Source: Lingula anatina (taxonomy: Eukaryota; Animalia; Brachiopoda). Taken from it: a stretch of 64,000 nucleotides of DNA. Made by a program: the position numbers and the translations under genes. Below are positions 49,484-61,718 of this stretch, one piece after another (the first letter of the stretch is position 1; each line of letters begins with the position of its first letter). Below the pieces are notes generated by a model that saw only the letters and a program-made list of their open reading frames with translations, made no database searches and was not told where the DNA came from. The stretch covers positions 9,424,001 to 9,488,000 of the forward strand of contig CM120640.1 of assembly GCA_051362555.1 (NCBI GenBank), read 5' to 3'.

Positions 49484-52400
49484 ATGACCGAATTCCTCAC
49501 CTTGTGCGACGCTGTGCTACTAAACATTTTGCAATACCTTGAATTAAGCGACATTTTGCGTTTGTCTTTGACTTGCAAACGATTGAATAGAGTGTGTTAT
49601 GATGAATCCTTATGGAGGTGAGCATCTAATTGACTAATTAAACCTCCCAAAAATTACGTAAGGTGTTTTGTTCCACAATAAATGTTCAGAGTTTTTTTCT
49701 AAAACCTGGGCTTATCTCTGAATTACACCAGGTACTATAATATCATCCACCTTTTGTCGTTGAAGACTGCCATAAACTGACTTCTTAATGCAAGATATAT
49801 GTGACTTCATTCCCATAGGGACCATTCCCACAGATATTTGAATCGATCTTTCTCCCTGGGGAGTCTCACAAAAGTGCTATTTACTTAACCAGCTTAAATG
49901 TCTGTCATGCCTAGTAATGCTTTTAGGGGGTAATTATCTTTACCCTCTAGCTGATTCGGTAGGCATGACAGACAATAAAGCCGGCTCAGTTGATAGCAAT
50001 TCAGTAGACTCCCCAGGGAGTTAGACCGATCCAGATGGATCAATCTAGGCATGGGAACCCAGTCATAGACCCATCATACTAGCTGGATCTATATACTAGT
50101 AACTCTGCAAGACTTCTCTCTAAAGTGCTCTCAGTGTTATCAGCTTCATTGTCTGCCATGCCCCCTCAAGTAATTGGGGGTAATTGACTGTCATTAATTA
50201 CCCCCTAGAAGGTTGAGCAGGCATGCCAGATATTTAAACTGCTTACACTGAATGCACTTTACTGCTCAAATCCCATCAGTAGGATTCAGAGGGAATGCTC
50301 CCTATGTCTACATCTTAATTGCATTTGCATGTAGTGCAAAACATTAATAGGGATGCTAATTTATACATTAGTATTCATGATATGTTATATAGCCAGTTAA
50401 AATGAAAGACATTATCAGTTTTTTTCATTTACAGTTTAATTTTTATTTTAGTGAAGTATAGTTCAACATAAAAGAGTCTATGACAATCTTGCAGTACATA
50501 TTTATTTTTCTACCAAAAATAAAGCTTCCCTTTCTCTTTTTATTGCCTCCTAGGGATGTAAGCTTTGAAAAATGCAACAACCTCTCTTTGCAGCAGTTCA
50601 AATGCTGCATAGGTAGAAGTTGGAAACACATCAGCGGCTTAAACATGAACTACATGCACTGGATACCAGGAAGGTATAATAATAATAATAATAATAATAC
50701 CAATATTTATTTATGGTCTAAAATCCATATCAAATGTTCATTAGACTTTACTGGAGTAAAATGAACAGAATAAGATGAATAAAGTCAGTAAACAAATAGA
50801 CAGTTAAGTACAATATAAAGACGAAAAGCCAGTCAGATCACTTATAAAACTTTTTGAAAATAAAAGTTTTTAATTCTTTTTTAAAACTGTCCGCAGACTC
50901 TTTCGTTTTTATGTATGTTGGGAGAATTTCCATTCATTTGGCCCATAGATAGACTTGAAAAGTTATGTCGCCGTATGTTCTCAATCTGGCATTACATGGC
51001 AAAAACATGACATATGGCAAAAACGTGAGCAAAAACTGGTCCAGTGATCTTAAATTACATTTTGGAGCATAATGAGGAACTAGTTTTAGTAGGTACAGGG
51101 GTGCTGATTGATAAAAAATTGCATGCATAAAGGTTAAATTTTTGAATATAATGCCTGCTCTAACAGGGCTCAGCCGATGCAACAGTATTGGTACATGTAC
51201 CAGGGGCCTGTTTCAGACTGGCATTTGGTCTTTATTCCAATTGTTCCTTGTATTAACCAGCCTTTAGTTATATCCTGTTTCATTGAAATCCATGTCAAAC
51301 TGTAACATGATTAATGAGAATTAAGTGCGAAGGCAGTGCAGGAAATGTTAGAAAAACATCTATTTACTTCTCAGCTACAGCGCATAACCACAAAAACTGC
51401 AAAATTACAAAGTGCCATCTAAGCATAGGAATACTAATCAATTTATAATTATAATAATATTAATAATAAAAATAATAATGGTCTAATGATCACCCAAAAG
51501 TTTACAGATACATCTGCCCCAGTTGTAGAAATCACTAATATGACAAGATCACTGAGTTAAGTTTGGTACTTAAGTTCAGAATAAATGTACAGAAGTTCAA
51601 CTAAAACTTTACTTCACATATCTAGACTTATATCTTAGCTTGTAATTTGACAGTGTGATCATGGACAATGTAATTAAGAAATGCAATACCATTTGAAGTT
51701 TCTACTTTTCTTTCTAGGTACATACAGTGGGCAGCTATGAAGTGCAAAAACCTTCGCAGATTGTCAGTGTTGGGGTGTGGTATTAAGATTGAGCAGTGGG
51801 CAAAGATTCTTATTTCTGGCAAAGACCTTTTGGATATATCGATACCAATTTATCAATTGGAGGATCTCCTTATTGACAGACTTATGGAATCAAGTTTAGA
51901 TAACACAACAGACAAATCTCTGGAGTCAGGTTTTAGAGAGGTGAAAGTAGCTTTACAAAACCTGCAGTGCCTAAGAATTGACATCGCCAATGAATTGTGC
52001 CAGAGTTTAGCAGTAGATAGAAGACTTGAGTGCACATGGATAACTCATTGTCAAAATTTAGAGATACTGACATTGTCAGTGGCTGGATATTATACACTCG
52101 GGAGATTGCTACCTGATGTGGTACTACCAAAATTGCAGCAGTTCTACTTCTGCAATGACTATGACAGTCTGCCATCATGTTACTTGCAACCGTTTTGTAA
52201 TGTTGTCTGTTGGCCACAAAAGGCCTCTTTAAATGCTTTACATAATGAAGTATCACATATGACATATGGCTGGTTTTTAAAAAACATTGACTTGCTTAAA
52301 ATGGAGAAGATGCTAACTTATAACCTCTTTCAGGTCTCTGGCTTGACACCCCATTTTAGCAAATGTGCTCAGAGTTCTTTAAAACATGTTGGCTTTATTT

Positions 52401-55400
52401 CCTGTATGGAAAGTGCCGAGACTTTGATGGCAGTTTGCGATGATATTGGTGAGAAGTGCCCCATGCTCAGAAGTTTCAGCTTGTGTCATTCATGTTTAAA
52501 ATGGAATGGAGATAATACACCCGTGAGTTTGTTTTACCATAATTTTATGGAGAGACAATTTTCTTGAAGTTATGATGTTTTTTGTGAATCTTTTATTTTG
52601 TGAATTTTTCGATTCCCAGGTGTGACCTTAAATTTTTAAAGGTCTGAAGCCCATTGCTAGCTACATTTTTTTAATTTTCATGGTAATGGTCATACATAAT
52701 AGATGATTGTTGATTTTCCTGTAAAGCATTATGTAAAATAGCACTAAAAATGTATGTCACTGTTGCTATTAGAGTTGTCATTTGATATCTGTCCATTTGA
52801 CAGCTTTGCTGACTTGTTTATCTTTCTTAAACATAATGGAATTCTTTTTTATTACAATTGACACTTAGAGTAAAAATAACATAGCATCAATATGCATTTT
52901 ACTATGGTTAGACTTATAACTTAATGAATTTATAAATTGCCTGATTTTCCTTAATTACAGAGAAAATTTATGAAATGCCTCAGTTTAGACAAGCTTCCAT
53001 ACCTCAGTACCTTGAGTCTATCTGGTGTGCATTTTGACAATGAACCAAGTGTGTGTGATATGCTAGCCAATCTGAAAGGTAAAAGAAAGATTTTACACTA
53101 AATTTTAATTGTTAGAATGACCTGTCACAACAAATAGTACATGTATGTACACAATTGCCAATGTTTGTTATGTTAAATATATTTTACATCAATATTGGAT
53201 CATAGTAATAATAACTATAATCATTATTATTGATAATTCAACTTACTTATATATATATATTTTATGAAATATATATATATATATATATGAAAAGTCAATA
53301 TCTCAGCTGTTAAAATAAACACATTTTAGTCAAAAGTATATATAGTAGAAGGTATGATTTGATTTAAAATCTTGTAGAATCAAGACAAATGTGAAGAATA
53401 CTTTATTCTGTATCCTGAAAAAAGAAAGTTCCTAAATGATGGTCTTGTTATTAACTTCTTAAACAATAATCACTTAAACATATGGGTTTTTCTTGTTTTA
53501 TTTTTGCAATGAAATATTTCAAATTATTATTCTATGTAATATTTTATGAACAAAAAATAATTTGTCTATTTTGCAAGCATCACCAACACCAAAACTTTGT
53601 ATTATGTAAGTAGTTGGAAAGCCTACTGTCAGTATTATGATAAATGCTATATTTAATATTTCCTCTTTAGCAATGAGGAGGTTGTCGTTGACAGCATGTG
53701 CAATTCAGGATCCATGTGAAGAACCTGTGACTCGAACCAGTTATGCTGCTCCAAATGGCTTTGGAAAAAGACGAAGACTTGGTGTCCAAACAACCGAGGT
53801 AAGCAGTTGCCATCTCATCATATAATAATGTGTGGATCTATTTGCTCATCAGAATTGTTTGTAGTAGACATTATGTTAAAAGAGACAATGAAAATAAGGA
53901 TTTCACCATGATTCTGAAATTAGTAAAATGTTTTCAAATTAGAGAGTTGACTAGATGCCTAAGTTAAATTGCTGTAAAGTAGGAGCTTCTTTTAAGAACA
54001 GTAGATTCATTGTGCTGTTGCAGGGTTTGTTGAATTTAAAAAAAAAAGGTTTTTCATTGTTTTGATAGACTAAGTGAGACAGTCATACTGTAACAGCTAA
54101 TGCAATCATCAGGTTTTGCTCTGATCTTCATTTAAAGAGTGGCACCCAACATGTTGTTTTACCTCCAGAGAAAAAACGGCCATTCCCAACTTGGTGCAAC
54201 CCCAAACAATACAGAGGTCAAGTTTAAGGAGATGGTACTTTCATGTCCCAGGATGGAAGTATTTGATCTTGTGGGAGCACCTTTTATCCCTGTTTTTAAT
54301 CAATATTTTGATGTGTTGATTAAAGATGGAGTTTATTGGTAAGTGTGTCTGTAGCATCATGAAATAGTGACTTTACAAGTATAAAATGAGTTCTTATCAA
54401 GGTCCAGTCTTTAGAATCATTATTTTGATGCACACTAGATACAGATATTTCCAGTCAGTTTAAGAATGCATTCTACCAAATTACCAATATATGTGACCCT
54501 TGTAAACATTAAAAGGGCTATTGATGGGGCATCCCTTTCTTAAATCTTCCTATTTTCCTTCCAAATACATGCAATCTTTACTAAAGTCTTAACAAAATGC
54601 CACAACTTTTTTTTAGTAAAGGAATAACCACAATGGCTTAAAATTGCATTTGTTGTGAACGCCTAGGGCACATTAATACTACATGCCTTGAAGTATAAAC
54701 TGGTTACCTTGCTGTTTGTTAGTTCTAAAGTGATTTTTACTTTCCTCCAGTGGTCAGCCCATAGGGAATGATTTCCCTTATTTGGAAAACATCAGTGGGT
54801 GGTACCATCTTAGACAGCTCACTCTAGCTAACCTGCCAGGTAAGATGATTGATTCTATTGCTACTCCATACTTAAAAGGGACACCAAATAAAATATCTAA
54901 ACCAAATTAGTTTGTCTCAGCTTAAAAGTTGAAGTGTCTCAGGAGGAAGGATGGGGAGTAAGATGGCCATCAATCAGTATGAAGTATGCAGCTGGGCTTA
55001 AGATTTAGTAAGCTGACTATGTAGCAGTTTGTGTTGAAGCTCAGTCTAGACCTAGAGGGGAATCAACCAGTATGAATAAATAGTGTGTTGATGTTTCACT
55101 TTGAAAATGAATAAGAGCAATATATATTTTGAAATCATATCAGAGATGTATTACAATAACTGTGAATGCTAAATATTCTAGATTGGAAAACATTAGCTTA
55201 CGTATGTCTCTGATTACAAATCCTTCATTTATGTTTCTAATAACAAGCAATTTCTTTAGGTTTGAGAATAGGACACTATTTACATAGGATCCTGTCTTCA
55301 TGCCCCTGGATAGAGTTCCTGTCTTTGGCAAGCCTGGGGCCTTCTCATGCCTGCACATATGACAAGCAGCTGGCAGAGGGGTTGAAACACTGCAAAAACC

Positions 55401-56716
55401 TGGTTGATTTCAGGTTTGTGTGGCAAAGTTTTGTTTAAGTGTGTCACATTTATGTACAAATATGGCAGTTGGAATTGTGGCATTTGACCAATGAGATCTA
55501 GGGTACTCGAATCCTTAAATTATGCCTTGATGCATAAATGACTGTAATAAGGTGTAAAAGGTATTAGAGAATAAATAGTACTAATAAGTACTAGTATAAT
55601 ACTAATAAGTATATCTATATTGTATGATTATGAGTAAATTAATGCTTATCCAGGCAAGAACCAAAATGCTGTGATTTCAGAATTAAATAAATATTTTTTT
55701 GATGTACTATTTTAACCTTTAGCAACAATTGTTTTAATAAATTATCAATTGTCATCACCGGCAGTATACTCTATTATAAAAAATACAAAACAGTAAACAT
55801 TACTTTAAACATTTATAAGTACAGTTTATACATTTAGAATATTACTTTGTGTTCATCCAGATTGGAAGAAAGATACTGCAAGTTGGGCCAGTACATCATT
55901 CCTGCACTACAGCACTGCTGTAAGCTGCAGAGATTGTGTGCCATTACAAATAAGACTGGAGTGGAGAAGCACCTTCTTCTCAATGCTGTGAAGAAGGTAA
56001 TTTTTCTCTTCTTATCCAGGACCCTGGTGTGATTAGTCCCAGTCCTTTAATGCTGTTTGGTCAGAATTTGTTTTAATAAACTAATCTACGGGGACATCCT
56101 CCTTTGATTTTCCAAATGAAACTGCAAGTTTTAACTTTAGAAATATGAAATAATCGGAGAGATAGCAAACAAAACCTCTTTCACGAACAATATTTTAGAT
56201 ATTTTCACTGTGCTCTTTCCTTTTCATTTTAGCTTCCTAATTTGTCTGTGATCCAACTGTTTGTGGGAATGACGGATGCTGCATGCCAGGAACTGCAGAA
56301 GGCCCTCATTCAGTATTATAAGTACGGAGAAGGCACATTGATAAAATTAAATTCTAAGGCTAAGAATGAGTGGGCCTTACATTTGTAGAACGAATTTTGA
56401 GTATACATCCACATATAAAATTTTTATAATTGAAATTTAATGCACTCATCAGTTTTGCAAAAAAAAAAAAAAATTAATGAGTGTTAAAGTTATTAGATAA
56501 AAATTGAAGTTAATAATTTTTTTATTTAGAATGCTTTTTTTTTTTAGATCCAGCAGTGATTGTCCAGGGTTTAGCATAGCTGTCATACAGCTGAAGTCAC
56601 GGGTTGGTCTCTACGATTATTTGGACTTTGTCAGGATGATGCCTCGCAACCATTACAAGGAAATCACGAGATTTCAGCCAAGAGTTGACCAGTTTATGTC
56701 AGAAACTAGAGTATAA
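49484..56716 (+). CDS. FBXL18: F-box/LRR-repeat protein 18-like, about 11 exons (49484-49617, 50554-50673, 51718-52522 ... ending 56716)
   Basis: F-box MTEFLTLCDAVLLNILQYLELSDILRLSLTCKRLNRVCYDESLWR; FBXL18-like segments HWIPG, LSLSGVH, APNGFGKRRRLGVQ, LRQLTLANLP, LKHCKNLVDFRLEERY, LQRLC, HYKEITRFQPRV; phases consistent. Confidence 0.85.
49801..50240. repeat. Two adjacent related foldback (hairpin) elements in FBXL18 intron 1
   Basis: Nested arms CTCCCTGGGGAGTCT/AGACTCCCCAGGGAG and TGTCTGTCATGCCTA/TAGGCATGACAGACA around ~49937; second hairpin TGTCTGCCATGCC...GGGGGTAATT/AATTACCCCC...GGCATGCCAGATA around ~50191. Confidence 0.75.
50676..51190 (-). mobile_element. 5'-truncated degenerate LINE (L2/CR1-group) 3' end with (TAT)n tail
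   Basis: Minus-strand translation resembles the post-RT C-terminus of L2/CR1-group ORF2: IIFK...SAPLYLLKLVPHYAPKCNLRS...RTYGD.TF...LPTYIK...DSFKKELKTFIF; ends in a trinucleotide tail at 50676-50699. Confidence 0.75.
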
Positions 56717-58846
56717 CTACTTAAGAGTTCAGGATTTGGTTCCTTCATTTTGTTCCAATTTTAATGGTATATTTAAACGTCATTTCAGTCAGTTTACCTA
56801 GTTAAAGAGAAGAATTAATTGGTATTCCACATATTACTTTAAATTTGTAATTGGCTCTACTCTAGATGATAAATATCCCTGGTTTAAATAAAATATGAAG
56901 CCACATATATTGGTGTATCCGTTTGAGATTTAATAAAGCAATTACCAAGATGCATTTTAGTAAATTAAGTATTACCGATGCAGCATTTTGAAAAAAATAT
57001 TGAGAAAATAACGATCGTTAAAACCGTTCTTGAGTTCCAAGTTTCACTTTTTGAGTCAATCTCTATATGGAGATAAAAGCGATTTTTAATTCCAATTTTA
57101 AAATGGCTAAAATTTCCAAGAAAAGTTTTCACTGTATAACATTCTTGGGCCTTAAAATACTTCGTTGCATTGATCTCTGTTATGTGGTATTATTGTACGG
57201 AGGTGTGGAATAAGATCTGATTGTCATGAAATTGTTCATTACTCTTGCTTTACTGAAGTAAATATGACCCGTTTTGATTGATTTTTTCTTATACCGCAAT
57301 ACTTATCAAACTTAAAGTGGAGTGAATTAAGGCGTAAGGTACATATTTTACGTTATTTATTTGTTGGAGGAAATGTATACAAAAGAAAACCAGCCATTAT
57401 GTGTAAACCGACACGTCTTTGTATATACTGATTTCTGCTTTTATTTCTAATGGAGGGCACGTCCTCAAACACCATGAAATGTAGTAATTCTCACCATTCC
57501 ATGGTGTTTTAAGAATATAACTTAATAAAGTTTACAGATGCTATATATATATATATATATATTACTGAAATGCGTTAGCTACTACCTTACTCGACAATTT
57601 CAACTAATCGCAAGACTTTCGACCCTGCACTTTATTTTTCGCATCTTTAGAAGTTTGCAACGCAAATGTTCTTACTTTGTTACTTAAAACGGCGGGGTTT
57701 TGTTAGGAAATGTCTTTTTCAGTGTTTTTGACATAATGAAGTCGTTGGTTTTGATTTCAAAGGAGACTTGAATGACAATAGTCACAAAAATCAAGGGCGT
57801 TTATTATCATCTGATCAAAGTGCGAGTCATTTTGCGAACCATTCAATGATTTCTGCACATTTTGTAACCACAACGCAATTACTTTATCCCTTAGTTTTTA
57901 TTTCTGGTTCTAAAGATTTTTCTTTAGCAAATTATGCTGGAAAGATACGCGTTTTCCATTACTGCCTACGTATATGCCTCCTGCTTGGAGAAAATGAAGT
58001 TGAATGTTTTAGCCCAGCGCACACTGAAACGAAGGAAGGAAAGCTTATTTTGGAGCGTTGAATATATAGTATTGGGTCAAAAAAAGCAGGTTTATCTTGG
58101 GTTTGAGGAGATTTAAATACTGGTCTGTGACTATCTTTCTACTGAAGTTTTTTTTTTTCGTAAAACGAGACCTGAGAGGAAAGTCGAAAAAAAAAAGAAT
58201 TTTAATGAAAGATTCCCAACAGAAAAGACCAAGTTGTTATTTCACAAGGTCTGAACCTAACAGAAGTTATGGCTGGAAAGCTCATTTGTCAGTATAAAAA
58301 GTTAGTAGAATAAAATTAGTCGAAATATGGCCTTTGTTATCCCGCAGAGAGAATGCTCCGATTTGGACTGGCAGTTGCAATAAGAAATGGTCCATACATA
58401 ACGGAGGCGCCTTGTGTGAGCTAGAATAGTTGCATATTGATAAAATGTATCGTTCAACACCAGTGTCGCGAGATTTGTGGCTCAGCTTGTAGTTTGCATC
58501 GTGCGCTGGTCTCAAAAACTTGCATCACTACAGTTCGGGGTGACATAAGTGACCCTGGTACTGAAAATCCTGCTGCCTTGGCTAACCTCCAGTACGGTGT
58601 CAACCTGATCGACAAAACAAAAAGCCACAGATAACTGACCTGGAACGGGCCCGTCGGCATGTTGAAAATCACTAGCTTTGCGACAACTTACTGTTGAAAC
58701 CGTACACTGTAGTTCTTGATTTCGGCATGTTTTGGAGCTTAGTTAGTGAAAAAAAAGAAGTGTTGAAATTATTCGAATACAAGGGCCCGTTAGTTACAAT
58801 GTATGGTGAACAGTATGTGCGCGCTGTGGACACAAAAGACTTGAAA

Positions 58847-60035
58847 ATGTGGAAGCTAATAGTTACATTTCTAGTCGTCGCTGCCTTTTTCCATGGAAAT
58901 TCAGGAGCAAGGTTTGTTGAACACTTTTTTCGCCGAAGACTTTCAGTGAATCGGGAATTTTCTATATACAAATCAAATATGTTAGTGAATAGTGAATATT
59001 GTCTCGTTCATGACGGGTCCTTTCGTTTGTCAGATAATCAGTGGCAGACCAGTAATATTGTTAGACGAGCTCGGTCCGTATTACTTCTCATTTGCTTCGT
59101 TGAACAAACACCACTTTTGAGAATATAAAATTATATTGGTATTTCCAATGCTGACAGGTTTTTCTACATTAATATTTTTTATACATATGTTGAAATTATG
59201 AAAATGGTTGTGATAAACATGACTGGATCAAATACAGGAGAAGTCGTTTAGAAGCTGTTTTCATAATTAAATTCGATCAATTCTACCTCGAAATCAGTCG
59301 GCGTAGAGGGAATATAAGAGTTTATATAAAACACAAATAAAAATATTTCGTTACGTCACGAAGTGCACTTAAGCAATACAAAGTTAGTGTGTCCGTAACT
59401 ACCAGATTGCACTGACCAAACCACGGGTTCGTTGTGATATTCCGGAGTTTCCAAGGTATATTTTATATTTCTCGTGGATTTTGTCTCTTTTGGACCTTCT
59501 TCAGACTTATCGGACTCGTCCAGTGAAGAACAATTCTGATACAGTCCAAGTTACCGTAGATGTTGTCTTGCTGCACGTCAATTCTCTTGATGTTAACTCA
59601 CAAGTCTTGTCAGTTAACGCGTATCATCGTATGGTAGGGGAAATGTGTCTGGTGTCTAGTAATAACATGAAAACAATTAGAAAAAAGGTCCGTTTTAACT
59701 AGTTATGATGTTAGTCGAGCCACTGAAAATTCGAGCAATGAAAAAAGTGAAAGTGTATATTGTCCCAGCATCCATTCCGTGAAAAATATGTGCCAGGTAT
59801 TAATTTTTTTTATTGTCTACAATTTAAGAAATAAATTTGGTTTAAATTCACCAGTGGGTCCAAAGTAGATGTGTATTTGCCATCACCTCCAATCACGACC
59901 AAATGGAAACATTTTTATAATATGATACATTTTTAGGGCAATATGTAAATGTGTAATGCCTCTGTGAGATATACTGAGATATTCTTTTTACGAATTTTGG
60001 CAGTGTGTGTGTGTGTGTGTGTGCGTGCGTGCATG

Positions 60036-60075
<40 letters not shown>

Positions 60076-61207
60076 GGGGTGCAAAAGGGAGCTGTAGGCA
60101 CCATCTAGTTATGTATCTGTTAATGGTTCTAGAGCTGGCGTGACCGGGATCTGGTGTGGGATCCTCAGTTCAGAGGAGGAGTGCGGAGGATGCATGTAAT
60201 GTCCTCACTTATTTGGCTCCCAGACATTGTGCTGCTGAATCTGTGAGTTGATTTCATATATTCACGTTCATTTTCCTTGATCTTCTTGTATATATGTTTG
60301 TTTGTTTATCTATTAATTAGTTAATTTACTTTTTTTAATGAGAAAAAAGGTCATAATTGCGCTACCAGTGTGCAGTGGATACCGGACTTGTTAATGTTGT
60401 ATTTTCATGTTTTGATGAAAAGTACATATACATTGGTAGCGTTGATGTCAGCTATTTAATTATGCTGTGTTTCAGTCGCGGTGCCAGTAAGCTGCTGTTG
60501 GACCCGAGAGCAGTAGTATCCCATGACGGCACGGTGGTCTGGATACCTGTATACCAGCACAGGTAAAACTGGACATAATGGAGTCACTTCATGATTTCCA
60601 TATTTTTTAATATTTGTTCAAATGAACAGCTCTAATTTCTTTGTTTTTGGAAATTTCTGCTGGGCCAGTAACTTAATTCTGCTTTGCAAACGTAGGCATA
60701 AGACCATTGCACCATATGTTCATCAAAATATAACGAGACAATTACAAGCCCCCAGGGTGATTGTTGAATGCATAGGTCTTGTGTTGTCAAACCGTTTCGA
60801 AAAGAATATCATAGATCATAGATCCTAGACACCATATGATCTGATTTTATTCCTGTTTCAGCGCTCATTGTAATACTGATCTTGGGCGTTACAGTCAGGA
60901 GTGCAACCTCAAATTTGGATCATGGTCGTATAATCAGAAGGAAATAAACCTTGCCTACGGGGCTCAGAAAATGGATCTAAGCAACTTGGAGCCAAATCGG
61001 GACTGGGCTGTACAATATACTGCAGTGAAACGAAATGCGATTTCTTATAGTTGTTGTCCTGGTGAGATTTTCGTCGATTTGACTTATTCCTTGACATTAC
61101 GGATGAAGAAAAACACCTCATCAGCCCTGACAGCCAGTTCTGGATTTACTGACAGACCTTTTGTAGTCATATTTGTAGTGTCTTTGATTGTTGGTATTAT
61201 GGTTTAA
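58847..61207 (+). CDS. Acetylcholine-binding-protein-like / nAChR alpha-type ligand-binding domain with no TM1-TM4 and a C-terminal GPI-like signal; exons 58847-~58911(?), 59505-59633, 60133-60242, 60476-60562, 60862-61207
   Basis: Signal peptide MWKLIVTFLVVAAFFHGNSG; RPVKNNSDTVQV, SWRDRDLVWDP, IWLPDIVLLN, VSHDGTVVWIP, C-x10-C-NLKFGSWSY, YSCCPGEIFVDLTYSLTLR, then a S/A/G-rich spacer and 15 hydrophobic residues before the stop. The junction between the signal exon and exon 2 is unresolved (the obvious donor is phase 2, the obvious acceptor phase 0). Confidence 0.85.
60003..60072. repeat. Compound (GT)n microsatellite
   Basis: GT runs interrupted by gcgtgcgtgcatgcat. Confidence 0.95.
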
Positions 61208-61520
61208 CAATTATTCCCCCCCCCCCCATCATTAATTACGCTAACGATTTCAATCAGCCTATTATTAAATTTCACTTTTTTATTTAAAAATTCAAAATTT
61301 TGGATTTTTCTATCAGCATCTCATTATTGGACACGTGCACTTATTTAATTTTTAAATATTTTTCTTTCTTTCTTTCTTTCTTTCTTTCTTTATTTATTTA
61401 CTTGCATTATGGATTTTTTTATTTCATGTATTAATTTTTGCTCCTGTACTCTTCATTCTAAAAAATACATGTACTTATACATCTAGCTAAATGAGGTTTA
61501 TAACTATGTTTTGGGGTAAC

Positions 61521-61554
<34 letters not shown>

Positions 61555-61718
61555 GAGAATAAAATAATTACACCAAAAAACCTTTATTCCACGTCTTCAT
61601 TATATCTAAAGCAATGTCTTCATCATCGAAGTATTTAAAGGGAATGGTGAAATTTTGATGTCAGGGTCTTTGCTCTGCATCTCTAACTTTTGTTTCCCTG
61701 TCCGCGTTTGCAACAGAA

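Noticed and set aside
56960-57180. Possible MITE downstream of FBXL18
   Set aside because: Only a short, poor inverted match and no TSD
58694-59128. 144-aa ORF as a stand-alone gene
   Set aside because: Starts at TTG; only the segment from ATG 58847 looks coding (signal peptide) and the rest is probably intron read-through
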